A stretch of 63,206 nucleotides of DNA, filler included, from Folioceros fuciformis (taxonomy: Eukaryota): assembly GCA_049999805.1 (NCBI GenBank). It is 27 parts of 27 records of this genome, joined end to end, with 100 filler letters (N's around TTAATTAATTAA, not from the genome) between each part and the next. Parts side by side here need not be neighbours in the genome. Positions count along the whole stretch, not along the records: positions 39,421 to 40,763 come from JBNGIO010002549.1; positions 40,864 to 42,341 come from JBNGIO010002550.1; positions 42,442 to 43,540 come from JBNGIO010002551.1; positions 43,641 to 45,087 come from JBNGIO010002552.1; positions 45,188 to 46,790 come from JBNGIO010002553.1; positions 46,891 to 49,231 come from JBNGIO010002554.1; positions 49,332 to 50,388 come from JBNGIO010002555.1; positions 50,489 to 51,528 come from JBNGIO010002556.1; 19 more parts are not named here. One strand, written 5' to 3'. The notes below the pieces were generated by a model. That model did no database searches. It was given only the letters and a program-made list of their open reading frames with translations, and was not told the DNA's origin. Both the position numbers and the translations under genes were made by a program. This document shows, in pieces, positions 39,321-52,069 of this stretch. The first letter of the stretch is position 1; each line of letters starts with the position of its first letter.

Positions 39321-41217
39321 NNNNNNNNNNNNNNNNNNNNNNNNNNNNNNNNNNNNNNNNNNNNTTAATTAATTAANNNNNNNNNNNNNNNNNNNNNNNN
39401 NNNNNNNNNNNNNNNNNNNNGGCCAGCGCCACGTCCTGCCCGCGTGCAGCATTAGTTGCTTACTGGAATTCGTTTCATACGCTGCCCGATTCCAGTGCTG
39501 CAGAGAAGGAATGTGTTCGCTGGCCACGGGATATGTACTGGATGCCGAGATACTGCTGCACTTTGTCGCTCTTACGATCCGGCTTCCCGGAAACAGCTGG
39601 GCAGGAAATCTCAGAGTTTCTTGCCTCACCAAATGCAGTTTTCTTATATAGAAAAGGAGACAAGTGGAGGCCAAATGTACGGTCAATAGGAGGGGTGGAC
39701 ACAACACTTGGTCGGGACGGCGCAGCGGGTTTGGCGTGCCTTATTCGGCGGCTTGCTTCATGTGCCCCATCCGCTCATCTCATTCCCACCCAGCTCCCCA
39801 ATCGCCCGAGGTCCACGAACACGCCAGAGGCTCTGCTCGAATTCCGCGATGCGCTCTTCGAGGCATCTTCTTCACCGGCCCATCCCCCCTCAATCGTAAT
39901 CTGGTACTCGCAATTGGAGCTCGTCCCGACGATATTTTTCAGGGCCTTATCGAGTCCCAAAAAGATGTACAGGCGTTTCCTGTACTGTTACATCTCACAC
40001 ATTGACCAATGTCCTTGCTGGAAGGAAAAAAAATCCACCACCCACGGATCCAATACGGTAGTGAAAGTTCACTTAGGTTGCCGACCTGTTTGATTCAAGT
40101 TTTCTTGTAGGTGATCCCTTGCACCAGGCAGGATAGCTTGTGACACGCCCCACTTAAAGCCCTATTGAGTCATCGTATTGCACATGAACGTCAGTACATA
40201 TTAATTGTCCTAGATGGGGGATCATATATATGCTCCATCTTTTTGGTAGTTATTTCATGTAGATTTCATATCTCGGTTTCCAATGCACTTCACAATGACC
40301 CTGGTGCTACTAGCCAAGCCTACATGGTAATGTGCGGTCCTCGCTAATTTTCGTGATAGCGCAAGCCTCGGCTTCCCACATAACTAACCTCAACTGGCCT
40401 TGGGCCTAAGCTCATGACATGGCCCAACCTCGCGGCCAAAGCTCATTTATATAGGCCTAATCTCAAATGGCTGGAGGTGAGGCTTGTCTATGGAGGCTTG
40501 ACCTTAGTTGCCAAGCAAGGCTCATGAGGAGAGTCTCAGCTTGAACTTGCCCAATTACTAGTCACAATAGGGAAGGTTCGCCCCAATTGGCTTCGCAAAG
40601 CGATCCCTAGAAATCCTCGACCATCAAGAAGTCTATCACTTGTTTGTCCAAATACCTTGTTGCTCATTTAAATATCCAAGGATACAAAACACGCTTAAAG
40701 TCTTCACTACTTGTTCAAGGTTTAGATCAAAAGATGACGACTACTTAAGACGAAGTCATATTTNNNNNNNNNNNNNNNNNNNNNNNNNNNNNNNNNNNNN
40801 NNNNNNNTTAATTAATTAANNNNNNNNNNNNNNNNNNNNNNNNNNNNNNNNNNNNNNNNNNNNGCCAAGCAGGGAAGAAACGCGACTCAAAATGCAATCT
40901 AGGGCTGGACCGTGACAGCCGACCGGATTGTGAAGCAATGCCGGGCATCGCAGGGCCTAACAGCGGAGCTCGGGAGCTCCAAAATTTCGAACGTCATGCT
41001 CCGCGGGAAAGGAAAGATCGGGAGCAGGAGAAGCCGCGACGCGAGGACAGAAAAACGCGAATCTATTCTAGGGCTCCATCGTGCACTCCGACTGGAGCGT
41101 GAAACTAAACCAAAACGAAGCGGGAAGCTTGGGCGAGCTCCTGGCTATGGCGGAGGTTGTGCTGGGCGGAGGTTTTGCTGGGCGGTGGGTTGTTAAGTAG
41201 CGGCGGAAGTATTGTGG

Positions 41218-42341
41218 ATGATCGCGGCGGCGGAGATGGCGGCGGGGAAGTTGGCGATGCTGCTGGCAGCGGCAGCCTTCACAGTCGGGTGCCTGCTGCG
41301 GATGTGCGAGGGGGCGGTGGTGACTGAGGTGTTCCGGCTGGTGCAGTACGACCTGAACGGGGAAGCATTGGGATCGCGCAAGACGTACGTGAACCACTTT
41401 GCGAGCGTGGGGACGAACCAATCCGGGCCGGACGCCTCTCGTATGGTGCTGATTCTCCCGGCGAGGGAGCTGGATTTGCCAGGCTTGCAAGAGCATGTGC
41501 AGCGGCAGCGGGATCTGGGGGGGCTGCTGCTGCAGCTGCCGGAGGAGGGGAGGGAATCGGACCTGGAATGGGAGCTGCGCCTGCAGCGGTGGCTGGTTTC
41601 CTCTCAGTTCGGCTTCCCGGTCTACTTTCTCAGATCCAATGAGAAGGTGGATGAGGTAGTGAGGAAGATGCGGGCGGCAGAGGAGGCTGGCCGCCCCGCA
41701 TCCGCCACGCTCGGGGGGTACAAGTTTTCGGTGCCGGTTGTGGAGTCCAGGAAGCTGCCTCCTGCCAGCCTCGGGATCGTTCAGGGATGGCTCGCCGGTC
41801 TCCGGGAGGAAGGAGACGAATCTATTCCCAGAACCATCGCGATTGTCGCGCACTACGACACTTTCGGGGCAGTCCCGGGCTTGGCGGCTGGGGCGGACGG
41901 GAATGGGAGCGGGGTGGCTGTTTTGATGGAGCTGGCGCGGCTCTTCAGCAGGTTGTACGAGAGTGGGAAGACCAGAGGGAGGTACAACCTGCTGTTTGTG
42001 CTCACATCCGGGGGGCCATACAATTTTGCGGGCACAGCCAAGTGGCTGAAAACGCTGGACCAGCGGGTGAAGGAGAGCATCGAGTTCGCCTTGTGTCTAG
42101 ACGGGCTCGGGAGGCCTGGGAATGGGCTGTTCTGGCACGTGTCCAAGCCGCCGAGCAATGCCAAGATGCAGGAGGTGTACGGGAATGTCGGGAGTGCGGC
42201 TTCAGCCGTGGGGTTAGAGGTGGAGGTAATCCACAGGAAGATAAACATTTCCAGTACCCGGGTGGCCTGGGAGCATGAGCAGTTTTCCAGGCACAGGATC
42301 ATGGCGGCCACCCTTTCCTCGTACAGGGGGAGTTCGGAGCT
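41218..42341 (+). CDS. NCLN: Nicalin (M28-like inactive peptidase domain), 3'-truncated, intronless over the visible part
   Basis: A signal peptide is followed by VFRLVQYDL.G...GSR, GGLLL.LP, PVYF, IQGWL.G-like, IAIVAHYDTFG..P.LA.GADGNGSGV, YNLLFVLTSGGPYNF.GT, LCLD and HRKINIS..VAWEHEQFS. The start could be 41218 or 41236. Confidence 0.92.
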
Positions 42342-44151
42342 NNNNNNNNNNNNNNNNNNNNNNNNNNNNNNNNNNNNNNNNNNNNTTAATTAATTAANNN
42401 NNNNNNNNNNNNNNNNNNNNNNNNNNNNNNNNNNNNNNNNNTCTCCAAGCCTTTGGCGAGCGTTGTCGAGCGCTCGTCTTAGGTGACGTATCCGCAAGGT
42501 CGGCATCGATGCGTTTTGCCATGGGAGGCGATCCTCGAGTCCATGAGAGTTAGCACGGTGCCGTTGTCGCCACATGGCACCGCGGGAGCTTTTGCGGCGT
42601 TGCGGTCGAAGAACTCCGGAGCCGGTCCTTGATCCGCCGTCGCAACCTAATCGATGCTGCGCCCGTGCGGCGATATGCAAAACCTCATCTTGCGGATTTT
42701 TGTTCAATCTTATCTTATGGACTGTAATTTTCGACCGCCCGTGGGCGTCTATGACCTCTGAGCAAGCCTCGAATGCCGACAGGTGTCCCAGCATGCAGTC
42801 TTAAGCGCGACCAGAAAAGACCTTTTTGCACCAAGGTCACTAGCCTCGGCGGACGATCGAAGGTCCGCTCTCCGGGACCTGCTGTCACGCGGCGCCAAAG
42901 CCGCTCGCGTAATCCTCCTGAGTTTGACGACGTTGAACGAGCGTGGCCGCAAGGGGAACTGTCAGCCTCTTGATCCTATCAGTACGACTGACAAGCCGGC
43001 CGCTTCTTTCTGTCGAAGACAGCTATGGCGTATGGTCATGCAAGGGCCGATCGGGACAAGATCGAGAGACCATGGCGGCAGCCGCCGGTGTCGGCGCAGA
43101 CGGAGCAGGAAGCCACGATCCGGTCACCGCGGGTACGCGTTCGGAAGCGACATCGAAAGGGGCCAGCAGGTCGTTCTCTCCGACCGGGCGGCGCCCGAGA
43201 GCTACGCGCGGCGCGACGGGAGCCGGAAGCGGCCAGCTCCCATCGGCCAAAGCCGAAGAGTTCCAGAAGACCGCTTTATGGTGACCCGAAGGTGATGCTT
43301 CTGAAGGCAGCCGCTCTCACTCGTTTGGCGATCAAGCCCGCATGGAAGAGTTCTCGGCCCCTTTTCGGGAAATCGTGGTAACGTGACTTCCCCAGGGGCA
43401 AACGATGTTCAATTTCGTCGGAATCGAAGCGGGGACGGACGTTGCCGACGCGACGGGTCACCGAGAGCGGCGGGACTTGACACGCCCTTTCGCGTGGAGG
43501 GCGGGCGGATGTGACGACTTCGTATCGGCCTGCCCTCAGGNNNNNNNNNNNNNNNNNNNNNNNNNNNNNNNNNNNNNNNNNNNNTTAATTAATTAANNNN
43601 NNNNNNNNNNNNNNNNNNNNNNNNNNNNNNNNNNNNNNNNCTTCCTCTAGCGCTAAAAAACCTTGTTAACAATTACACGCTAAGATTTTCAACTATTTTA
43701 TTAATGCTTGTATGCTAATGGACTACTTTATTAATGCTTGTATGCTAATGTTTTATACTTTGACTCGCGATTCAGTTATTATTCAAGCTATGAAAACTTC
43801 ACTATAAGAAAATACTTACGAAACATCATTTGCATGTTTAAAAATCAATAGATTTTTTAATATTATATATAAAGAGTAAACTTTGATCGGAGAGAAGAAT
43901 ATATTTGAGTTGTATATATATATATATACATGATTGGAATAAAGACTATAGAATATTGACTATAATGAATTTGCTTAAAAATAGAAATCAAATTTTTTTT
44001 TGCTCACCTATAATAAACACATAGTAGTCAAGGAACCTTTTTAGAATATCAAGGACACCATGTATGAACATCATGTATAAATAATGCGGATTGATAATAG
44101 AACATTCATGTAGCTCTTGGTTATTTGAAAATTGAGATCTAAACATAAAAC

Positions 44152-45079
44152 ATGGCTTCACTAAGAAATAGGAGGATTTGTGTTTCATTTCTCCTCTCTT
44201 TACTATTGATTGTGGTTGTTCCAAATGCATTTGTTGAGGCATTTGAAGGCATTTGTTCCAAGTCTTTTGTTGCATCGAAATGTGCTAATCCTCCAACTGC
44301 AGACTTGGTTGATTTGAAGGCGTACGAGGGTACTTGGTATCAAATAGGAAGCACAGCTCGTACCTTCATACAACGAGAAAGTGTGAGTTGTGTTACTGCT
44401 AACTACAAGCTAGATCAAACTGCACACAACAAATATGGTCGAAACTTGACTATAACAAATGCAGGGATCCAGGTATTCAATCTGAGTAATTTGAATCATT
44501 GTTATATTTATCATAAGTTGAAAAACAATTCTGACATGAAGGTGTATTGAAATAGCTTTTGGGACCCCTAGCTTCATCAGCTGTTTCAACTCAAATTGGA
44601 CAAGCCATACCAAAAGCTTGTAATTCAGTTCGGTCCTTATGTAGACAACTAGCTCCTACAAATACCATTTGGTTGGCAATATCAAAGGTAATTTCATACT
44701 TTCTATGCTTAATATGACCTTGTAGAGAAATCGCGTAGTGATTTGATCATAGGGATGTTTATGCTTAGAACTTAATCTGATCACCAACTTGCAGGTGAAT
44801 CATGCAATAAAATATTTGAAGGGAGCGGATGTAACTAAAATACTTAAGGCAAGCACAAATATTCAAAATTCATTCAACGATATTGAAAGAAGCATAAATA
44901 AGTTAGCTGGGATTTTGGAGTTCATTCAACAAAGGACTGCGGACTTAATTCAGCGAGTTCAAAAGAAACAGTTCATTTTAGCATCACTCGACGGTCTCAT
45001 AAAAGCATCTCAGCCCGAATTTGAAAAGATCGCAACACGCATTTCGACCATTGAAAGTGAAAGAAATAAGATTGTGCAG
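44152..45079 (+). CDS. Secreted lipocalin-like protein with a long helical insert, exons 1-3, 3'-truncated
   Basis: Exon 1 (44152-44472) has a signal peptide, VDLKAYEGTWYQIG (lipocalin SCR1) and CVTANY..LTITN. Exons 2 (44556-44687) and 3 (44795-45079) splice in frame through phase-0 GT-AG introns and encode amphipathic or coiled-coil-like sequence. Confidence 0.7.
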
Positions 45080-45498
45080 GTATGTATNNNNNNNNNNNNN
45101 NNNNNNNNNNNNNNNNNNNNNNNNNNNNNNNTTAATTAATTAANNNNNNNNNNNNNNNNNNNNNNNNNNNNNNNNNNNNNNNNNNNNGTGCTGCGCGCCT
45201 CCTAGATCTGGCTCCTTGCTCTGGGGTCTCCTTGCCTTGCTCCTCAAAAGACCACGCATGGTTTCATGGGTTCGACCGGTTTCACGACTTAGGAGATGGC
45301 AAAACTAGGCGATACAAGTATAGGCAATCGCAATATGTGATTTCCCGTACAGGGAGATGGGTGAAGTGAGATGCATAGTGGAGGATGAGGATGCCATACT
45401 ACGGGAGATTACACAAAAGAGAAGCATTTATTGGATCGGAGATTTAGACGCAAGCAAACATCCCCCTTGCAATCACAGTCGCCAAAAGAAATGCGCTT

Positions 45499-45534
45499 CT
45501 TATTTTAATGGATCTTGTGAGATCCATTAAAATA
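45499..45534. repeat. Perfect 16-bp inverted repeat with a 4-nt loop
   Basis: TTATTTTAATGGATCT-TGTG-AGATCCATTAAAATAA. Confidence 0.85.
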
Positions 45535-46189
45535 ATAAGTAGCAAAGCCTAATCACATGCGTATGACATTCATCCATGATTCTTAAGATTGGTTTTAGAT
45601 TGAATAAACATAATTTTTCATCCTAAAGACAAGCTATAAGACAACTATTAATACTAAAAACAGGGTTATTTGTAACGCTCTTTTATTACACTTTTTGTTA
45701 CATTGGAGAAGAGTATTACAACAAATGGCTCCAAGCCATAGACGCGCACTTGTTACAATTTTATAGAACACTTTTCTTTTTGCCACATAGAGAATTATGG
45801 CCTATCCTACTGAATCTCTTCTCTACTTAGCCCTATATTTAAAATATTAATTAGTGATGAAGAACATCCTTACTCAGTTTTAGAACTTTATGTTCCGGAT
45901 GTTTAATATATTGATGAATGTGCTACATTCATGCTCATTTTAAAACTTTGTGTTCTCAAATTCTTTTGCAATAAAATAATTCTTTTGGTATCCACCAACT
46001 CTATACTCTTTATTTCAAGCATATGTCATCTAGAAATCAAACTCTCAAACCTAAATGATTGTAATTAACTACACTGTAATTAACTATTTAGTCGTTAACT
46101 AAATCTCTATATCCAAATAATAAAGCAAATTATATTGACACTTTTGAACTTGATTAGTAAATCGAATATTGGAGGCCTTAATAAGTTAT

Positions 46190-46392
46190 TAACTTGCACT
46201 CAAATAGTAAACTCAATCGATCACTAACCTGCACACAATAAAGTAACTCTCAAAATCTTGCACACGAATAACTCAACTCTCAAAATCTTGTATATGATAA
46301 AGTTATCATAAACTCAACTCTGAAAATTGTCCACATGATAACTGAACTCTCAAAATCTTGAACTTGCAATTACATAACTCAAAGTCTTGAAT
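46190..46392. repeat. Degenerate minisatellite of about 30-40 bp
   Basis: Recurring AACTCTCAAAATCTTG core with ATAACTC spacers. Confidence 0.75.
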
Positions 46393-49300
46393 TAAGAATA
46401 TGTAAGTAATTCACTCTAAAACAAGACGAATATACTCATGTCTCAATCTTTTATAATTTTCCTTAATTCGTCTAAGTTATGATAAAGTATTAAAAAACTA
46501 AAAAAATATTGTAAGACCTTATTATAAATATTATATTATATTATATGTAAGTAGAGTTGATAGGTAATATAAAATTTATATAAAAATAAATATAAAAAGT
46601 GTTAAAAATAATTATTCTTAGTTAATGAACTTAATATCTATTGAAAATTGAGATAATTGAATAATTTTCAAATCTTATGCTAGATGGGACTTCTCTTATC
46701 TTTTCAAACACCAAATTAAATGTGTATCATAAGTATCAAAACAATAGACTAGACATGTAAGGTCTCAATGGGCAATTGGACTTTTAAGACNNNNNNNNNN
46801 NNNNNNNNNNNNNNNNNNNNNNNNNNNNNNNNNNTTAATTAATTAANNNNNNNNNNNNNNNNNNNNNNNNNNNNNNNNNNNNNNNNNNNNCCATAATGCT
46901 TTTCCATGAGGGTGGCATGAAGCCCCCTCATATCCCACAAAGGAAGGAGGAAAAAGAAGGCATGACCAATCAAGCAAGTGAGGATAAGAGATCTTGGGCT
47001 CTCCTAAGGGACTCCTGGAGGGGGAATGGCCCCTCCTCAACTCCCATGACAAAACCCTCCAAAACGCCCAAGTTTTTGATGGAGAAGTGAGTCACTAAAG
47101 TTGAGATAGAGAGTGCCCAACTACCAAGAAAAGCAGTTGGCGCCAAGGCCTCAAGGTAAAGTAAGTGTACCTACTTCGTTATAAGTAGGCAAAGAGGCCC
47201 CACAAGCATGACCACGAGAAAGTGGTCTTGTAGAGAAAGAAAGATTCTCCTCATTTTTTAGTTGCAATCCCAACTTATTGTTTGCATATTGAGATGTTAT
47301 ATTCTTCCCACATTAAGGTCTTGTGTTATTTGCACATTAAGGTCTTTTGTTGTTCTTACATTGAGGTTAGACTTTCAAAGAGTTTCTAATATAAGCAAGC
47401 AAGAAGGCCTCATAAGCATCAAATTGCGGTCCTATAACAAAAAAGAAAAGCACAAGTTGTGAATGAGAATCTCAACCATTAAAAAATCGAACCTCTTACA
47501 ATAGCACAAGCAAGCAACAATTTCAAACATCTAAAATCAATGACACCCAAACTCATATGAAGTTTTCTCCAAACACAAAGTGCATACATTGCTTTTTATG
47601 CCCTCTTCTTAAGAACACAACTCTAGCATAGGAGCAAATGCACATTTTCAAAGTAGCTCAAGACATCTCCATCACGAAAATAATGATACTAGCTTGCACA
47701 TATCAACATACCTCTTAACCCACTAGGATGAGCCATACTACCTCTAAAAATTTGGTTCGTTGCTCCCTGAGTATATTTTCAAGCCTCTTGTCATGTGCAC
47801 AACACATGATGTAGTCCTTGCATTAGCCTAGAACTAGTAAATGGTTCAAGACAAGTATAAAATAGAGTGCAAGTATTTTGTGCCAAGCTAAAAATTGCAT
47901 AGCAACTTACTATGTTGTAGAAGAGGTCACTAGGATTCCTTAAGGTAAATTGTGCTATCTAGCCTTCTTCAAGTTCTATATCTTTTGCCATGTCTAAGTA
48001 TTAGAGATGTAGAAGTTGGAGACCAATGCACGCAAAATATGGTCCTAGGCTATGTTTTTGAAGACGCTTAGGGTCTAAATAAATATTCTTCAAGTCTTAG
48101 ATAAAAGTTGATGTTGTACAATATCCCAAGTTTGAAAGTCTACAAAGCCTATACATGTGAGGAAGATTAGGGTTTATATAACCCTGAACTATTGAAGCTA
48201 TTAGTGGTGGTGCTAGGTTTGTATGTTCATCTTGAGAAATGAAAAGTTTAGGGTTGAGGAAGAGAGAGAGAGCGTGATGTATATATATATACATATATAA
48301 AAGAAGAGAGAGAGAGTGTGTATATAATAATAATAATAATAGAAGATGATATGAGTAAGCTAATGGCAAACAAAATGTACATGTAGTCATGCCTTTCTAA
48401 CATTTTCCATATTACTACCACCTCTAACTACTGCTATTAGCCAACTAGTCAAAGAGCAGGTCAATAAGAAAGGACTCGACACCTAATGAGGGTTAATATG
48501 AGGCTGTTGGGTACAAGGAAAGGCCGAAGGGTATACCTAGGCCGTGGTCGCAAGAACTAGATAAATCTTCTAAAGTTAGATGAACTTAAGTATGTTGCAA
48601 CTAACTACTATTAGTAACTAAACAAGTCGGGTGCCTGTTGGTAGTGCTCCACAACGCCATTGCCACCCAAGAACTAGTCTAAACTAACATCTAAGCTGTA
48701 GGCACTAAGAAAATAAGATGCTAATTCTGCTTCCTTCTGAATTTGTATGTGTTTGGGCTGAGTGCCAATGCAAGATGTAGAGATGAAATACATATAGAAG
48801 GCATGAATTACCACTTGGGCAACTTCTTAATTACGTAAATAGTTCATTCTTGCATATACAAGGAATTCGTACTAGCATGGCAGAAAAAAAAATGGTTGCA
48901 ATACATATTGTTGAGGGCTCAATGAAGAAGCTTTTACATACTCTAAATGAGAAACGACTGTATGTCAAATTTGATATTTGTTTTTACTTGGGAATGTTTT
49001 GTGACTAGCCCGAAGAAGTTGTAAGCTTTTTTTTTTTTGGAAAATAAATAAATAAGTTTTAATTTTTAAGGATTATTTTTTTATTTTCAACCTTTTTTAT
49101 GAAAATTTTTAGTATGAATATGAGCTCATCTTGACTACTTCTCCCTATTGTCTAATGATCTAAACCTTGAATAAGTAGTGAAGGCTTTTGATGTGTTTTT
49201 GGATCTTAAGATGTTTAACTTAGGCTTAGCTNNNNNNNNNNNNNNNNNNNNNNNNNNNNNNNNNNNNNNNNNNNNTTAATTAATTAANNNNNNNNNNNNN

Positions 49301-50209
49301 NNNNNNNNNNNNNNNNNNNNNNNNNNNNNNNACCACCTGAATTGCAGGAGCCTGGCCCCCGTATCTATCTCTTACCGCTAGCTGCGCAGCTTGTGGTGAA
49401 GAAGTGCGTGCCCACTGTCGTCCAACCCCGCTGCTACACATTGGCAAATATCTTCGAACGCAACCCCACCTGCCCTCCTGCTTCTGTCTCTCCTGCCCTT
49501 CCTTACCTTCCTTTTCCTCTCCTTTGCTCGGGGTCCATGCCTTTCGTTGCCTTTTTTTGTTCAGACAAGAGATTCCTTTTACTGCCCTCTCCCGCTCGTG
49601 CATCGACACTGCACACTCCACCACCGATCCTCGTATGTACTTCCGTGGCCGAGATTACCATCCTTGTTAGACTCGGCTTGAGCTTAAATTTAGCGTGTTT
49701 AGGGTTGCGTCTTCCATGAGCTTGTCCTGACTTGCATTGCGCCAGACTTGCCCCAGGCTCACGAGGCGTAAATGAAGGGAGAAAGGACGGACCCGGCACT
49801 CCGTTGCGCGTGCGCTGCGTGACTGACTCGCTGCGCACGGCGGCGACAGGTGGTCGGCACGGGATGGTTCAGATAGTATCGTAGCATGCTCACTGCGTTA
49901 CTTGGATCCACCGGATTTGGTGCTCTCCAACGTTTCCCTTTCCTGGCTTCCGTTGCAGTTCGGAAGAAGGAGCCTCAGTGTTCCCGCCATATCACAGATG
50001 CTGCAACATGACACCTGTCTTGCTGTGCGACATGCGCTTCACAATTTGGGCCTAAGTTTCTCTATTGCACATAGGAGTGTTCATGTTGGCCAACATGCAG
50101 TGTTAATGTTGGCCAACATGCAGTATTAATGTTGGTCAACATGCCATAACTCCTCTCAACCAACTTCAGAGAAACTCTAAACTAACATCTCGTTCCAACT
50201 TCTACTGGT

Positions 50210-50388
50210 CTAGTGCTTTCCACCCTTTTCCTCGTCTCCCTTTCCCTCTTGCTTCTGCTCGTCGCCCTTCTTCTGCTCGTCGCCCTTCTTCTGCTCGTCG
50301 CCCTTCTTCTGCTCGTCGCCCTTCTTCTGCTCGTCGCCCTTCTTCTGCTCGTCGCCCTTCTTCTGCTCGTCGCCCTTCTTCTGCTCGT
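50210..50388 (-). CDS. C-terminus of a hydrophilic repeat protein, (GDEQKK)n, encoded by an 18-bp tandem repeat
   Basis: CTTCTGCTCGTCGCCCTT occurs about 7.5 times. The minus frame reads (GDEQKK)n-GDEQKQEGKGDEEKGGKH-stop, with TAG at 50212-50210. The non-repeat tail keeps the same G/D/E/K composition. Confidence 0.55.
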
Positions 50389-50855
50389 NNNNNNNNNNNN
50401 NNNNNNNNNNNNNNNNNNNNNNNNNNNNNNNNTTAATTAATTAANNNNNNNNNNNNNNNNNNNNNNNNNNNNNNNNNNNNNNNNNNNNATATATTTTATA
50501 TTCATTATTCACATATTGATGGTTAGCTATGCATTTTGCAGTGTGTAAAATACACATAAATTTATAAAAAAAATTATTACTTTTGAATAACCAACATGCT
50601 AAGTACAAAAAGCTAAAGTAGCTCGAGAATTTGTCAAATTTTGTCATTGATTTGCGTTCGTGTTGAAGAAACTTTGTATCATTTATTATAATGCCTCACT
50701 TAGAAAACTAAAATCAAATGCCTTTGCTATGATGATTGTAGAGCGAATAAATTTATATGAGTGCCGTACCATGAAAAAGAATAGTGGTTACGTACTTCTT
50801 CTTTTTTTGCATGAATTGAAGTGATATATTTTTATTATTATGATCTTGCTATCAA

Positions 50856-51128
50856 TTACTTTGCCATACAAAAAGTAGGACAAATTCTTTTGCTGAAAGC
50901 ATAAAAGGATGCGCATAAATTACAAGAGTACTCTGTTCTTTCTTGTATGATATTATTCAACCTCCAACAACACATATTTTGTTCGAACTCGTCATTGGAA
51001 ACGGACCCACATATTTGATTACATCGATATACAACATTTTGTTCCGTCATGGATTGACATGCGTAAGAAGTGGTACAATAAGTGCAAAATAAAATCACAT
51101 ACAAACACATCATCGTGCAAAATGTCAT
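50856..51128 (-). CDS. Putative small secreted cysteine-rich protein, 90 aa
   Basis: ATG 51128 opens a hydrophobic leader (MTFCTMMCLYVILFCTYCTTSYA), followed by C-x11-C-x3-C-x12-CC-x14-C-x2-C-x10-C-x3-C. The frame stays open in very AT-rich DNA. Confidence 0.45.
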   Translation of the reverse strand: MTFCTMMCLYVILFCTYCTTSYACQSMTEQNVVYRCNQICGSVSNDEFEQNMCCWRLNNIIQERTEYSCNLCASFYAFSKRICPTFCMAK

Positions 51129-52069
51129 CCAATTATAATAAGCTTTGTTCATCAATCTTAACATCTTCTGTACTTAGTAGTCCAGAACAATCAATAGAGA
51201 AGATGAAAAGGAAAAGGATGAACTCAAATATAAGTGTAATAGTAGGAAATACTCATTGTTTGAATTTACTGTACGTATATATTCATGAAATTTCTTGTTA
51301 AGATACTTTTGACCATGGATTCCTTATCAAGATGTGGGCTTACTTAAATTTCATAACAATACAAACCGTATCATAATTTTACGAGAATGGTGGCGGCCCT
51401 TCATTTAATTCATCTATTAATTCACTGTCTTAGAAAGTAAACAAGTTACCACATGCATCAAAAGGAGCATAAAATGAAGTATATTTTGATTTTTCAAATA
51501 TTCTTCACTATATACGATAAAAACAATTNNNNNNNNNNNNNNNNNNNNNNNNNNNNNNNNNNNNNNNNNNNNTTAATTAATTAANNNNNNNNNNNNNNNN
51601 NNNNNNNNNNNNNNNNNNNNNNNNNNNNCTGTAGGGGCGCCAGCCCCGAGCTGGCAAGGGCGGCTGAACCGGCCACCTCGCAGCCGCCGGGCGCGGCCAG
51701 GTCGCTGGTGCGCGGCTAGGCTGTGGGGCGCCGAAGCGCCGTCGGGGCGCCAGAGTGCCATAGCGCGGACGCTAGGTGCCGAACGTGAGCACCGGAGAGC
51801 GAGATCGCCGACGCCGAGAGTGCGGGGGCCAGCGCGACGCACGGGCGTCACGGACGCTGAGCATTGGTTCGCAAGCACCGAATCGCCGACACCAAGAGCG
51901 AGGACATGGGTCTTGAATCAGACGACAGGATATTGCAGTTGTGAGTGACCGAGGCCTAAATTGTGGACATTCGATTCAGAACAAGTTGTGAGGGTAACTT
52001 TTAGAATCTACATTACATTTCGACCATTTTCTAACTAGCCTTTTGCTTGATTTGCATCGATTTTGAATC

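Noticed and set aside
42442..43540. CpG-rich contig suspected to be bacterial
   Set aside because: No long coherent ORF or bacterial gene signal is visible, so its origin is undetermined.
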